A stretch of DNA of 64,000 bases from positions 39,006-103,005 of the forward strand of contig JAQXHN010000018.1 in NCBI GenBank assembly GCA_029007295.1, given 5' to 3'. The position numbers were made by a program, and so were the translations under genes. This document shows, one piece after another, positions 18,091-28,057 of this stretch. Each line of letters starts with the position of its first letter. Position 1 is the first letter of the stretch. The DNA is from Clostridia bacterium (GTDB taxonomy: Bacteria > Bacillota > Clostridia > Oscillospirales > CAG-272). The notes below the pieces were generated by a model. The model made no database searches. It was not told the DNA's origin and saw nothing but the letters and a program-made list of their open reading frames with translations.

Positions 18091-18779
18091 TAAAACTCTC
18101 CGACCTTGCTTTTTATGATTTCAAGCGCTTTTTCAAGCATTTCTTCCTTGTTATACTCCGAATTGTCAAAGAAGACGCTGTCTTCGGCAGGCACGGCGGG
18201 CGCAACATCCCTCTCTCTGTCTCGTTTATCTCGCTCCGTCATGTCTTTAAGTACCGCTTCGTAGGTGGTTTCGATTCCTTTTTCGGTTAATTCCTTAAAT
18301 CGGCGAGCCGCTCTTCCTTCGTTTGTGGCCGTTAAAAAAATCTTGACGTCGGCGTTCGGCAGGATAACGGTCCCTATATCTCTTCCGTCCATTACCACGC
18401 TTTTTGTTTTGGCAATATCCCTTTGCAAATTCAAAAGAAACTCTCGAACCTCGGGAATAGCAGAAACCTTAGAGGCATTGGAGGATATTTCCGGAGTGCG
18501 GATTTTTTCCATTACATCCTCGCCGTTCAAAACAAGTCGCTGCTTGCCGTCCTCGGTGTATTCCAGAGACAGTGTGATTTTTTCAAGCGCCGGAACGACC
18601 TTATCCTTTTTGCCGGTATCTATACCGTTTTGCACCATGTAAAGAGCTATTGAACGGTACATCGCCCCTGTGTCAACATAGATAATGCGCAATTTTTCCG
18701 CAACCATTTTGGCAAGCGTGCTCTTGCCTGCGCCTGAGGGTCCGTCTATTGCTATATTTATAATTCTATCCATAATCAA
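18090..18779 (-). CDS. cmk: (d)CMP kinase
   Basis: IAIDGPSGAGKSTLAKMVAEKL...DTGAMYR is a canonical cytidylate kinase N-terminus. Confidence 0.85.
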   Translation of the reverse strand: MIMDRIINIAIDGPSGAGKSTLAKMVAEKLRIIYVDTGAMYRSIALYMVQNGIDTGKKDKVVPALEKITLSLEYTEDGKQRLVLNGEDVMEKIRTPEISSNASKVSAIPEVREFLLNLQRDIAKTKSVVMDGRDIGTVILPNADVKIFLTATNEGRAARRFKELTEKGIETTYEAVLKDMTERDKRDRERDVAPAVPAEDSVFFDNSEYNKEEMLEKALEIIKSKVGEF

Positions 18780-19966
18780 TCCTTCCTTCCTGCTATTGCC
18801 GCAGCGGCGCTTGCCGCCGTGGAAAATGCGATTTGCAGGTTAAAGCCTCCCGTGTAGGCGTCAACGTCAATCACTTCGCCTGCAAAGTAAAGCCCCGACA
18901 CGAGCTTGCTTTCCATTGTTTTCGGATTTATTTCCTTTACCGATACCCCGCCAGAAGTGATAATTGCCTCTGAAATGGGGCGAAAGCCGGATATTTCGAC
19001 TTCAAATGATTTTAAGGTCCGCAAAACGGCTCTTCGCTGTTCCTTGGTTATCGAATTTACCTTCTGCGTTCCGTCCAAATCGCACTTTTCCACAAATGAA
19101 GGAATCAGCTTTCTCGGAAGCAGATCCGAAAATGCGTTCTGTATATCCTTATTTTTATATTTTGCGAAATCGGAAAGAACTCTTGCGTCCAGAGTTTTTT
19201 CATCAAGGGCGGGCTTCAGGTCTATTTTAACCGTGTATCTTGCATTCTCCATTTCACGCATTCTCGAGGAGGCGGTCAGCATCAAGGGTCCCGACAGCCC
19301 GAAATGGGTGAAGAGCAGCTCCCCTGTTTCGGAATAGATCGCTTTGCTTCTTTTATTATCGAAAACCGTCGCTCTTACATTGCGAAGAGACAGGCCCTGA
19401 CAGCTTTTACAGCATTTATCGTTTGACGTCAGGGGAACAAGCGACGGCTTTATTTCCGTTACGGTATGCCCCGCCTTTCTCGCCATTTCGTAGCCGTCTC
19501 CGGTTGAGCCCGTCAGCGGATAGGAAGCGCCTCCGCAGGCAATAACCGCATTGTCCGCACGGTGTACCCCCTTATTTGTTTTAACGCCTACAACCTTGTC
19601 GTTCTCGATGAGTATCTCCAGCGCGGTTTCGTTCAGGAAACAGCGTCCCATGTAGCTTTTCAGGGCGTCCACTATATCGTATGCGCTGTCGGATACGGGG
19701 AATACTCTTTGTCCGCGTTCAACCTTTAACGGTACTCCCAGCCCCTCGAAGAGTTTTTTTACGCTTTGGTTGTCAAATGAGTAAAAGGAGCTGTACATAA
19801 AGCTTGAATTTACGGGAATATTTTGAAAAAACTCCTCGGCGTCGCAGTCATTCGTCAGATTGCATCTGCCCTTGCCGGTGATTGCAAGCTTTCTGCCCGG
19901 CTTTTCGTTTTTTTCAATTACGGTTACATTCTCAGAGCGGCTTCGGAGCATTCCCGCACAGAGCAT
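18776..19966 (-). CDS. HI0933-like NAD(P)/FAD-dependent flavoprotein (aminoacetone-oxidase family); start codon uncertain
   Basis: GKGRCNLTN and the rest are typical of the family. The dinucleotide-binding motif KTIIIGAGAAGMLCAG is encoded in frame upstream of the first ATG, with no ATG/GTG/TTG before an in-frame stop. Confidence 0.7.
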   Translation of the reverse strand: MLCAGMLRSRSENVTVIEKNEKPGRKLAITGKGRCNLTNDCDAEEFFQNIPVNSSFMYSSFYSFDNQSVKKLFEGLGVPLKVERGQRVFPVSDSAYDIVDALKSYMGRCFLNETALEILIENDKVVGVKTNKGVHRADNAVIACGGASYPLTGSTGDGYEMARKAGHTVTEIKPSLVPLTSNDKCCKSCQGLSLRNVRATVFDNKRSKAIYSETGELLFTHFGLSGPLMLTASSRMREMENARYTVKIDLKPALDEKTLDARVLSDFAKYKNKDIQNAFSDLLPRKLIPSFVEKCDLDGTQKVNSITKEQRRAVLRTLKSFEVEISGFRPISEAIITSGGVSVKEINPKTMESKLVSGLYFAGEVIDVDAYTGGFNLQIAFSTAASAAAAIAGRKD

Positions 19967-20039
19967 TCCCGCCGCACCGGCGCCGATAATTATTGTTTTC
20001 GTTTGCCGTCACCGTCCTTTTTGTTTTTTCTCGAAAGCG

Positions 20040-20762
20040 TCATCTTCCGAAGGACTTAACGAAGTTATGATATATTTCCCGTCCCTCGTCTGTCAGCTCA
20101 CAGTGACCGAGTCCTTTAAATTCATAATAATCCATATCTCTGCCGAGCGCCTTCATTTTTCCGACAAATACATCGGAATGCTTATCCTTATGAACGGCGC
20201 CGTCCTTGTCTGCGTGGAAAACGGCGTACTTAATATCGGGCATTGAATCAACAAGATGCACGGGGGAGCGAAGCTTTATCGCCTCCTCATACGGCATATC
20301 AAAATGTGCGTAGGAGGAATATACTGTTCTTGCAACATCGGGGCGCTCGGTGAAATGGTAAAGCAAATCGCATACAGGCGAAAGCGCAGCCACCGCAACA
20401 GGGGTTCTCTTTGCGTATCTTGCATAAACGAGCGCTCCCTGCCCTCCCATTGAATATCCGCTCGAAACAATCGGAATATCACCGTCAAGTCCAAAACGCT
20501 CGATTACCGCGTCAATGACCTCGTCGACATATTTCACCGACGAATCGTTCATCCAGCACCAAGGTCCGTAGTAGGGAAGAATGTAGAGCGCTTCCTGCTC
20601 AGCTAAAATTCGGGCAAGCGGCCACTGGTCGGTGAGCATATCGAGTCCGCCGCCGAGCCCGTGAAATTCAACTACCAAAGACTTTGGCTTTGCGCCCTTT
20701 AAGAGCTCCTCGTTTGTGTGCGCAAAAAGCTCTATATTATCCTTATTTATGGGAGATTGCAT
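20040..20762 (-). CDS. Alpha/beta-hydrolase (esterase/peptidase-like)
   Basis: Start at MQSPINKD, with RBS AAAGGAAAAGG. Nucleophile-elbow GYSMGG and a C-terminal His. 240 aa. Confidence 0.6.
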   Translation of the reverse strand: MQSPINKDNIELFAHTNEELLKGAKPKSLVVEFHGLGGGLDMLTDQWPLARILAEQEALYILPYYGPWCWMNDSSVKYVDEVIDAVIERFGLDGDIPIVSSGYSMGGQGALVYARYAKRTPVAVAALSPVCDLLYHFTERPDVARTVYSSYAHFDMPYEEAIKLRSPVHLVDSMPDIKYAVFHADKDGAVHKDKHSDVFVGKMKALGRDMDYYEFKGLGHCELTDEGREIYHNFVKSFGR

Positions 20763-20797
20763 AACGGTACCTTTTCCTTTAATTTTTTCAACTTTAG

Positions 20798-21001
20798 TTA
20801 ATTTTGCTTTTGAACGCTCTTGTATTCGTCGTAAAATTTGTAGTAAGGGCAGTCGGTAAAAATACCGAATGCCCTTTTTTCCGCTTCGTCTTCGTCGAGA
20901 GCCTGAGTGCATATCTGCTCGTCCAGGGTCTGGTCATAATCGAAATACATACAGCTCTCGCAGTTTGTCTGCGGAGCCCTTTTGTTTTTGTTAACCGACA
21001 T
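20798..21001 (-). CDS. Small Cys-containing protein (DUF6472-like, putative zinc-binding)
   Basis: MSVNKNKRAPQTNCESCMYFDYDQTLDEQICTQALDEDEAEKRAFGIFTDCPYYKFYDEYK. It has CxxC...C...C spacing, lies between the SLH gene and the hydrolase gene, and is co-oriented with both. Confidence 0.4.
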   Translation of the reverse strand: MSVNKNKRAPQTNCESCMYFDYDQTLDEQICTQALDEDEAEKRAFGIFTDCPYYKFYDEYKSVQKQN

Positions 21002-23342
21002 TTTTCCATGTTTCCGGAGAAGCATTTTCCGGTGCGGAAATTTCCCCGTCGCCCTGGCTTATGATAATACCGTACTTTGAAATAAGATAAAGAAGCTTAC
21101 GGTTGTCGGAAACATAAGCGCTCTTTTGTTCCTCGGTGCCGTTTTCATACAATTTTCCGTATGACGCGCACTGTCTCAGATAAAGCCACGAAGCATAGCT
21201 TTCCTCAACTCTGCAATACAATTCGGAATTTCCCTGCGTCTGCGCAAATGCGCCCTCCCAAAGGGCGTCTATTTCCGGCGTCCGTTCATAAACCTGTTCA
21301 TAGTTATAGAAGGCTCCGGGCGGCGCATTAAAATTATAGTGCTTATCGTTTGTCAGCTCTTCGATAATTTCGAGATACTGTCTTAAGTAAAGCTTTTCAT
21401 CGCCGTAATAGCTGCGGATAAATCCGTTCATAAGGTCAAAGTACTCTTCCTCGGATATATTCGGGTTCTTCATAAGCTGACAGTAGAGATAACCGCGAAG
21501 TCTTTCAAATTCTCCGGTGGATTTGCTGTGTCCGTTAATAAAGATACCGGTTGTATGGTTGTCGTAGAACAGTTTAATATTCTGACGCAGTGAATGGAAG
21601 GACGGAAGCGGAACCATAGCGTAAGAGAAGTCCGCAACATAATCCCAGATAAACATTTCGCTGCAAATATTACCCCAGGAGGTGATTTGCTCGTAAATCT
21701 GCGAATTCATTTTACAGGAGGTGTCCGAATAATCGTGTGAACCGCAAGCCGCATTTGTGCAGTAGTATAATATTATATTCTTGCAGGGCTTTGTAACTTT
21801 CGGAGCCTTTGTGCAGTAATTATATGCTATGGTAATCAGCTTTTTATCCTTGTATCCCGCATTTTCAAGAGCCTCGGATACTCTGTTGCAAAGGCGTATT
21901 ACGGTTGCCGCCCTGGTTCCGTCCTCACGGTATGCAGCCATACAGTTTTCGCACTGACAGTATGAGGTTGAGTCGTTAATTGATAGCCAGATTGCGTCCG
22001 CTTCGGGTGATTCGTTGAAATATTCAATAGTTTTTTCGATGAAAATCCGAATATTCGATTCGCTTGTCATGCAGGGCATCTGCTGTGCGGGACCGTACTC
22101 GCTTCCTATCCAAAGTCCCTGAGAGTGGATGGCGGACAGAATACTGTAATATCCGTTATTTAACAAACAGGAATTCCATGTGCCTATGCTCCACGTTTCA
22201 CGGGACAGGAAAGCGGGCCCGTCTGTGTATTCAAATCCGTCCTCAAGCGCAATCTCGGCCTCCGGTTTGCAGATAATGCAGGAATCCTGATAGAAATCGA
22301 AGCCGAGGTACTTTTCCGCAAAGTAATATACGGAATAAAAAGTTCCGTATCTGCTTTGTCTGTCCTTTGCTCCGGCAAAGAACAGCTTGTTGCCCGACAC
22401 CTTAACCGTAAAGGAAATATCGGAATTCTCGCACAGAGCGGCTCTGTCTATTTCACCGCTTTCACGGTTTGTCTCGCCGATGAGAATTTCATATTCGGTT
22501 TCCGGCTCGGAGTCGTCTACGATGGGAAGATTATTGCCCGTCGCACGGAAAATGAATTCGCAAAGGCGCGCCGCCGCATTGTATTCCTTCGCCTTATTCG
22601 AAGCGGAATACACTATTGTATATTCAGAGATGTCGTTGCCGTTAACAGTGAGCTTCGCCTCCCCCTCTCGTACATATACCGGGAAGTCAAAGCTGCAGAA
22701 ATTTTTCATTATTACGGCTACCGCCGCTCTCGTCGCTCCTGTTTTGGGCGAAATGAGCATTGAGCCGTACTCACCCTTGATACCGGAGATAAAGCCGCAT
22801 TTTACCGCCCATTTTACGGCGGACAGCGCCCATGAGGAAACGGTATCGGCGTCGGCAAAATTGTCCAGGCTGTAATTTTCGCCGTAGGTCGTGTCATATC
22901 CCTTGTATTTGGCATAGGTCTTTAACATTGCAACCATTTCCTGCCTTGTAATCGCCTTTTCCGGCGCAAATCTGCCGTCTCCGACGCCGCCTACTATGCC
23001 GTTTTGATACGCCCATTCAACGGCGCAGAAATACCACTTACCCTTTTCAACGTCGGAAAAGGAGGATACGGTATATTTTGTCCCGTCGATTTCTTCCATT
23101 GACGCCAACACCGTAACAAGCATCGCCCTTGTCATTGCGTTGTTGGGAGAGAAATGCGTTTTGCTTGTTCCGGCAAACAATTTGTTATCCTTTACGTAAT
23201 ATACCGCATCGTAATACCATGAGCCCTCGGGCACATCAATAAACCTTTCGGTATTCGATTGGGCAAATGCGCCGAACGGTATTGATGCCGAGAGCATTAT
23301 TGCCGCAAGCGCAAGCGTTAAAAAGCGTACGGTTCTCTTCAT
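20991..23342 (-). CDS. S-layer-homology (3x SLH) domain protein with C-terminal DUF4838-like glycoside-hydrolase-like domain
   Basis: Signal peptide, then three SLH repeats (FIDVPEGSWYYDAVYY..., FSDVEKGKWYFCAVEWAYQNGIV..., FADADTVSSWALSAVKWAVKCGFI...), followed by ~550 aa of DUF4838-like sequence. Confidence 0.7.
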   Translation of the reverse strand: MKRTVRFLTLALAAIMLSASIPFGAFAQSNTERFIDVPEGSWYYDAVYYVKDNKLFAGTSKTHFSPNNAMTRAMLVTVLASMEEIDGTKYTVSSFSDVEKGKWYFCAVEWAYQNGIVGGVGDGRFAPEKAITRQEMVAMLKTYAKYKGYDTTYGENYSLDNFADADTVSSWALSAVKWAVKCGFISGIKGEYGSMLISPKTGATRAAVAVIMKNFCSFDFPVYVREGEAKLTVNGNDISEYTIVYSASNKAKEYNAAARLCEFIFRATGNNLPIVDDSEPETEYEILIGETNRESGEIDRAALCENSDISFTVKVSGNKLFFAGAKDRQSRYGTFYSVYYFAEKYLGFDFYQDSCIICKPEAEIALEDGFEYTDGPAFLSRETWSIGTWNSCLLNNGYYSILSAIHSQGLWIGSEYGPAQQMPCMTSESNIRIFIEKTIEYFNESPEADAIWLSINDSTSYCQCENCMAAYREDGTRAATVIRLCNRVSEALENAGYKDKKLITIAYNYCTKAPKVTKPCKNIILYYCTNAACGSHDYSDTSCKMNSQIYEQITSWGNICSEMFIWDYVADFSYAMVPLPSFHSLRQNIKLFYDNHTTGIFINGHSKSTGEFERLRGYLYCQLMKNPNISEEEYFDLMNGFIRSYYGDEKLYLRQYLEIIEELTNDKHYNFNAPPGAFYNYEQVYERTPEIDALWEGAFAQTQGNSELYCRVEESYASWLYLRQCASYGKLYENGTEEQKSAYVSDNRKLLYLISKYGIIISQGDGEISAPENASPETWKNVG

Positions 23343-23405
23343 TGTTTTTTCCTTTTCGATAAGATAACAGTTAATTCATATGCAAGACGGATTTATGAAT
23401 ACCTT

Positions 23406-25064
23406 TTACTCAAGTACGACGCCGCTGTCCCACAGGGGATATATGCTTACAGGCACATTGAATACGCTCAATGTAACATGGATATTTCCGCCGTCTGTAA
23501 ATCCGCCGTTGCCCGCGGTTGCGATTTGCTGTCTTGTGGTAACGACATCGCCGATGTTTACCTTAATATCTCCGAGGTGGCAGTAGGTGCTCATCAAGCC
23601 GAAACCGTGGTCTATAACCACCGTTTTACCTGAAAGCGTCTGCTCTCCGACATAGGTTACAATGCCGGAGTTTACCGCATAAACAGGATCGCCTATGCTT
23701 GTCCTGTAGTCGACGCCGTTGTGACGGTAGGTTATTCCCTGCGATGTTACCGAACGGAATATCGCATATCCCGTACGCACAACTCCGTCATTGCCGGAAG
23801 AGCCGGTTGCGTCCATAAATTTGCCGTCAAAGTATTTGGTTTCCGTCCTTGTCGCATAAACCGCGGCCATGTTGCTGTTGAATTCGTTTATTGTAGCCTC
23901 GGTTCTTGTCCTGTTCGCAATTTCGGCGGATATATCGGTTGACCTTGACGCAAAGGTCTTTTCGGATACGATAAGCACAAGCGTTGCGTCTACCCCGTCG
24001 GAGCTTACCGAAAACGTGTAATTGGGCGAGTAATCAAGTTCATATGAAACAGGTATAAAAGCTCTGTAGCACGAGCCGTCACGGAAGAATACCGGCGTAT
24101 AGTTTATACTCGGCTCCGAGGAGAATTTAATGGTGGAAGCGTCCTGTACGTTTTTGATAGTGAGCACGGTAAACTCTCCCGGATTGATTGCCTTCTGCGA
24201 AAGCAGAAATTCCGGTGCGTCGGTAAAGCGAGCCGTAAAATTATAGGTTGCCGTTCCGTAGGAATTGGTTTTTTCCTCATTCTCATGCCACTGAGCCGAT
24301 ACGCTTACCGTTATATCGGTATTCGGCTGAATAACCGCCATTCCGATATCTTCGTACATGCCGGAGAATATGTCGCTGCCGTCCGCACCCTTTATCGCAA
24401 CGGAAACAAAATCCGGCTGATAGGAAAAGCTCAGCTTCACGCTCTCCGATATCGTGTGGGAGGCCTTGTCGGCTCCGAGCGAGCCTTTTTTGTATTCGGA
24501 GAGACCGTCTCCCACGGTATGGTACACCCAGTCAACGGTATCAAAGGGTATAATATCGCCGTTTGCAAGCGTCATTACCGGCGGATTTGCGCCGTCAAAC
24601 AAGGACATCGCCCATTCCGTTTTGAAAAATGCGAGGACATAATCCTGAGGGAGCAAATAACAGTTTTCCTTGTCGTCAAGATAATAGCATCCGGCGGCAT
24701 CGTTAGTAAAGTAGTAACGGTAGGAAAATTCCGTCTGATATTTTTTAAAAACTGCTTTGTAGTAACGCGTTCCCCGAAGCGGCTCCGGAAGCTCCGATTC
24801 AGGCGCAGAGTTTTCGTTCATTTCAAGGAAGAACGCAATCATATTTGATGAAATGCTGTTGTAATCAAGCGCAGTATCGGTTCTTTCAAACAGAAACTCC
24901 GCCCCGTTAACGTCAACTAATTTCATTTCGCTGACATTATCGGTTGAGATAGGCTTGTTCTTTTCGATATTGTAGCTGACAACGGCGGCAACCGTCGGAA
25001 TAAAAAGCAACAGGGCGAGAAGCACCGCAAGGGCTTTGCGTGTACCGGCATTGCTTGTTTTCAT
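23406..25064 (-). CDS. M23 family metallopeptidase (LytM-like) with N-terminal membrane anchor
   Basis: C-terminal YRHNGVDYRTSIGDPVYAVNSGIVTYVG...KTVVIDHGFGLMSTYCHL matches the HxxxD...HxH M23 motifs. N-terminal TM helix. Confidence 0.75.
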   Translation of the reverse strand: MKTSNAGTRKALAVLLALLLFIPTVAAVVSYNIEKNKPISTDNVSEMKLVDVNGAEFLFERTDTALDYNSISSNMIAFFLEMNENSAPESELPEPLRGTRYYKAVFKKYQTEFSYRYYFTNDAAGCYYLDDKENCYLLPQDYVLAFFKTEWAMSLFDGANPPVMTLANGDIIPFDTVDWVYHTVGDGLSEYKKGSLGADKASHTISESVKLSFSYQPDFVSVAIKGADGSDIFSGMYEDIGMAVIQPNTDITVSVSAQWHENEEKTNSYGTATYNFTARFTDAPEFLLSQKAINPGEFTVLTIKNVQDASTIKFSSEPSINYTPVFFRDGSCYRAFIPVSYELDYSPNYTFSVSSDGVDATLVLIVSEKTFASRSTDISAEIANRTRTEATINEFNSNMAAVYATRTETKYFDGKFMDATGSSGNDGVVRTGYAIFRSVTSQGITYRHNGVDYRTSIGDPVYAVNSGIVTYVGEQTLSGKTVVIDHGFGLMSTYCHLGDIKVNIGDVVTTRQQIATAGNGGFTDGGNIHVTLSVFNVPVSIYPLWDSGVVLE

Positions 25065-25283
25065 AATTATTTTTTCGGTAAAAGACAGGTTTACCGAGTC
25101 CTTTCGTTTTAATTTAATTTTATAAATACGCTTACATTATACTATTAAATCGTCTTTCGGTCAAGAGATTTGCCGCATATTTTATCTTTCCTGATTTTAC
25201 TTATCGCCAAGCTGTTGACTTTATGTTAATGATGTGTTATATTTTATTAGGAATACAATACAATTAGGACGGTATGTTTTGAT

Positions 25284-26705
25284 ATGAAGATTAAAACAAA
25301 ACAGTACTTTAATCTCTTGTTCCAAAGAGTCAGCAAGTTTCTTCATTTCATCATTTGCATCGGAGTATTCGTCCTCTTCGGCTATCTTTTTTACACAGAT
25401 ATTTTTACCGATGCAACGGCACGTACGTTTATCTGGAACGCTGTTCTTTACGGTGCCGTTTTACTTATTCTATTTAGAACCTACAATGCGTATTACGTGG
25501 GATTTTCAAGAATAGGCGATCTTATCTTTTCTCAGTTTCTGTCACAGCTTTTGTCGCTTTGCTTAGTTTATGCGGCGAACTGCCTGTATGTTCTTGAGCT
25601 GTTCAATCCCCTTATGCTGCTTGTTCTTCTTGCTGTTCAGCTTGTTTTTGATATTATTTGGTGCTTTTTTGCCAATATTATCTATTTTAGAACTCACAAA
25701 AGCCTTAAGACCTGTGTGATTTACGGAAAGGCTTCCGATTTAGACAGGGTCAGCGGAATATTATCAAATTCAAAAAAATTTACCGTATGCGGCAAAATCA
25801 AGGCGTCCGAAACGGACATTGCTTCTCTTACCGAAAAGCTCGGCGAATACCTTTGCATTGTCGTATGCGGAGTCGAAGCTTCTTTGCAGGACGACATTGC
25901 CGAGTACTGCGTCCGGGAGGGCAAGATCGGATATTTTGCGCCTCATATCGGAGACATTATCATGGCCGGCTCCCCTCATGTACGGGCGTTTGACGTTCCC
26001 GTGCTTTCCGTTAGCAGAAGGACGCCGAAAATAGAATATCTTATTTTAAAGCGAATTTTAGACATTGTCGCTTCAGCTGTCGGAATTATTATTTTAAGCC
26101 CGTTTATGCTTGTTGTTTCCGTCGCCATTAAGCTTTACGACGGCGGACCCGTTCTCTATAAGCAGACTCGCCTTACCCGAGACGGGGAAACCTTCAGAAT
26201 ATGCAAATTCAGAAGCATGCGAACCGATGCGGAAAAGGACGGCGTCGCCCGTCTTGCCACCGAAAACGACGACAGAATTACACCCGTCGGAAAAATCCTT
26301 CGCAAGCTTCGTCTTGACGAGCTCCCCCAGCTTTTTAATATTTTAGGCGGCTCGATGACTATTGTGGGGCCTCGTCCCGAGCGACCCGAGATTGCGGAAC
26401 AATACTACAAGGAGCTGCCCGAATTCAAGCTTCGTCTTCAGGTTAAAGCGGGTCTTACCGGATACGCTCAGGTTTACGGCAAATACAATACCGAGCCTTA
26501 CGACAAATTGCAAATGGATTTAATGTACATAAACAATATGTCCTTCGTTCAGGATTTAAAGCTGATTCTCGCCACCATACGGGTTATTTTTATGAAGGAC
26601 AGCACAAGCGGTGTGGAAAAAAATCAGGTTACGGCAATAAAAGCTCGCACCTCGGCAGAGCCCGAAAAGGCCGCAGAAAAAGAAAAAGAATTACTCAATA
26701 TTTAA
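25284..26705 (+). CDS. Polyprenyl-phosphate hexose-1-phosphate transferase (bacterial sugar transferase / WbaP family)
   Basis: C-terminal KRILDIVASAVGIIILSPFMLVVSVAIKLYDGGPVLYKQTRLTRDGETFRICKFRSM...DELPQLFNILGGSMTIVGPRP is the canonical Bac_transf domain. Four N-terminal TM helices. Confidence 0.85.
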   Translation: MKIKTKQYFNLLFQRVSKFLHFIICIGVFVLFGYLFYTDIFTDATARTFIWNAVLYGAVLLILFRTYNAYYVGFSRIGDLIFSQFLSQLLSLCLVYAANCLYVLELFNPLMLLVLLAVQLVFDIIWCFFANIIYFRTHKSLKTCVIYGKASDLDRVSGILSNSKKFTVCGKIKASETDIASLTEKLGEYLCIVVCGVEASLQDDIAEYCVREGKIGYFAPHIGDIIMAGSPHVRAFDVPVLSVSRRTPKIEYLILKRILDIVASAVGIIILSPFMLVVSVAIKLYDGGPVLYKQTRLTRDGETFRICKFRSMRTDAEKDGVARLATENDDRITPVGKILRKLRLDELPQLFNILGGSMTIVGPRPERPEIAEQYYKELPEFKLRLQVKAGLTGYAQVYGKYNTEPYDKLQMDLMYINNMSFVQDLKLILATIRVIFMKDSTSGVEKNQVTAIKARTSAEPEKAAEKEKELLNI

Positions 26706-26718
26706 GGCAGAATAAAAA

Positions 26719-27489
26719 ATGGACGCTCTTGTTTCAGTAATAACTCCGTCATACAATTCGGAAAAATATATCGGAAAAACGATAGAGTCTGTCATTTCAC
26801 AAACCTACTCTAACTGGGAAATGATTATCTGTGACGACTGTTCAAAGGACAGAACGGAAGCCATAGTGAAAAGCTATAAGGACGACAGAATAAAATTCAT
26901 AAGGAACGAAAAAAATTCAGGTGCGGCGTATTCGAGAAATAACGCAATAAGAGCAGCCAAGGGTAAATATATCGCATTTGTCGATTCCGACGATTTATGG
27001 CTGCCGGATAAGCTCGAAAAGCAAATTAACTTCATGCAAGAAAACGATATCGCCTTTTCCTACACGTACTATGACCAAATTAACGAATACGGAAGCCCTC
27101 TCGGCGTAAGAATTACGGGTCCTAAGAAAATTTCATACAGAAAGATGCTTCGTTGCAACTGGGTGGGAACTCTTACCGCCGTATACGACGCGGAAAAGGT
27201 CGGTCTTATTCAGTGCGTTCCGATTAAGAAGAGAAACGATGTCCCTCTTTGGCTTTGCGTGCTGCACAAAACGGATTATTGCAGATTGCTTGCGGAGCCG
27301 CTGTCCCTTTACAGAGTTGTCAACAATTCCTCAAGCCATTCCTCGAAGCTCGGTATGATCAAATATCATTACAAAGTATTCCGCGTCTGCGAAAGGTTTA
27401 ACCCCGTTTCTTCCTTCTTCAAAACCTTAATAAACCTGCCGACCGTCGTATACAAGAAAAAGCGTTACCGTGAAAATATACGGCTATAA
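26719..27489 (+). CDS. Family 2 glycosyltransferase
   Basis: VSVITPSYNSEKYIGKTIESVISQTY...DDCSKD...VDSDD (DxD) is a GT2 GT-A fold. Confidence 0.8.
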   Translation: MDALVSVITPSYNSEKYIGKTIESVISQTYSNWEMIICDDCSKDRTEAIVKSYKDDRIKFIRNEKNSGAAYSRNNAIRAAKGKYIAFVDSDDLWLPDKLEKQINFMQENDIAFSYTYYDQINEYGSPLGVRITGPKKISYRKMLRCNWVGTLTAVYDAEKVGLIQCVPIKKRNDVPLWLCVLHKTDYCRLLAEPLSLYRVVNNSSSHSSKLGMIKYHYKVFRVCERFNPVSSFFKTLINLPTVVYKKKRYRENIRL

Positions 27490-27981
27490 TTCAGCCGTTG
27501 AATAAAGAATTTCTCCGTTTTTGATTTCAAGTATGCCGTAGGTTGCAAATCGGGCGCCTATACCGCCTACGGTGCCCGGATTAAAGACGTAGAACGGTTT
27601 TTCGAATGCAGTTACATATTTTTCATAAGGCGTGTGGGTGTGCCCGAAAAACGCAATATCGATTTGATTCTCGGCGCAGAAGTATTCGAGAGTGTCGGGA
27701 GAGCTTTTGACAGAATGCCTGTGTCCGTGGCAAAGGTAAATTCGTTTTCCCCCGATATCGAGCGTGCAGGATTCGACCGCATTGCCCGACATTAAGGAAA
27801 ACACGTCGCAGTTCCCCTTTACCGCCGCACAGCAAATCCCGGGAAACGCCTCCTTCACCCTCTCAAAATCAAGAAGACCGTCGCCGAGAAAAAAGCAATA
27901 TTCGGCGTCGGGATGCATTCCGAGCGCCTTTTCCATATTACGGTATTTACCGTGGCTGTCGGAAAAAACAATTATCTTCAT
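27484..27981 (-). CDS. YfcE-family metallophosphoesterase
   Basis: MKIIVFSDSHGK...FLGDG...GHTH metal-ligand motifs. 165 aa. Confidence 0.75.
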   Translation of the reverse strand: MKIIVFSDSHGKYRNMEKALGMHPDAEYCFFLGDGLLDFERVKEAFPGICCAAVKGNCDVFSLMSGNAVESCTLDIGGKRIYLCHGHRHSVKSSPDTLEYFCAENQIDIAFFGHTHTPYEKYVTAFEKPFYVFNPGTVGGIGARFATYGILEIKNGEILYSTAEL

Positions 27982-28057
27982 AATAATCCTTTCAAATTAA
28001 CAAATTTGCTAAAAACTCATATAATTTAGTGAGAGCCAAAGAAAGAGAGGCTGATAA

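Noticed and set aside
20763-20912. N-terminal 50-aa extension of the alpha/beta-hydrolase ORF (MHSGSRRRRSGKK...)
   Set aside because: It is Arg-rich with no RBS. It overlaps the better-supported small Cys-protein gene on the same strand in another frame. An internal ATG with a good RBS gives the start at 20762.
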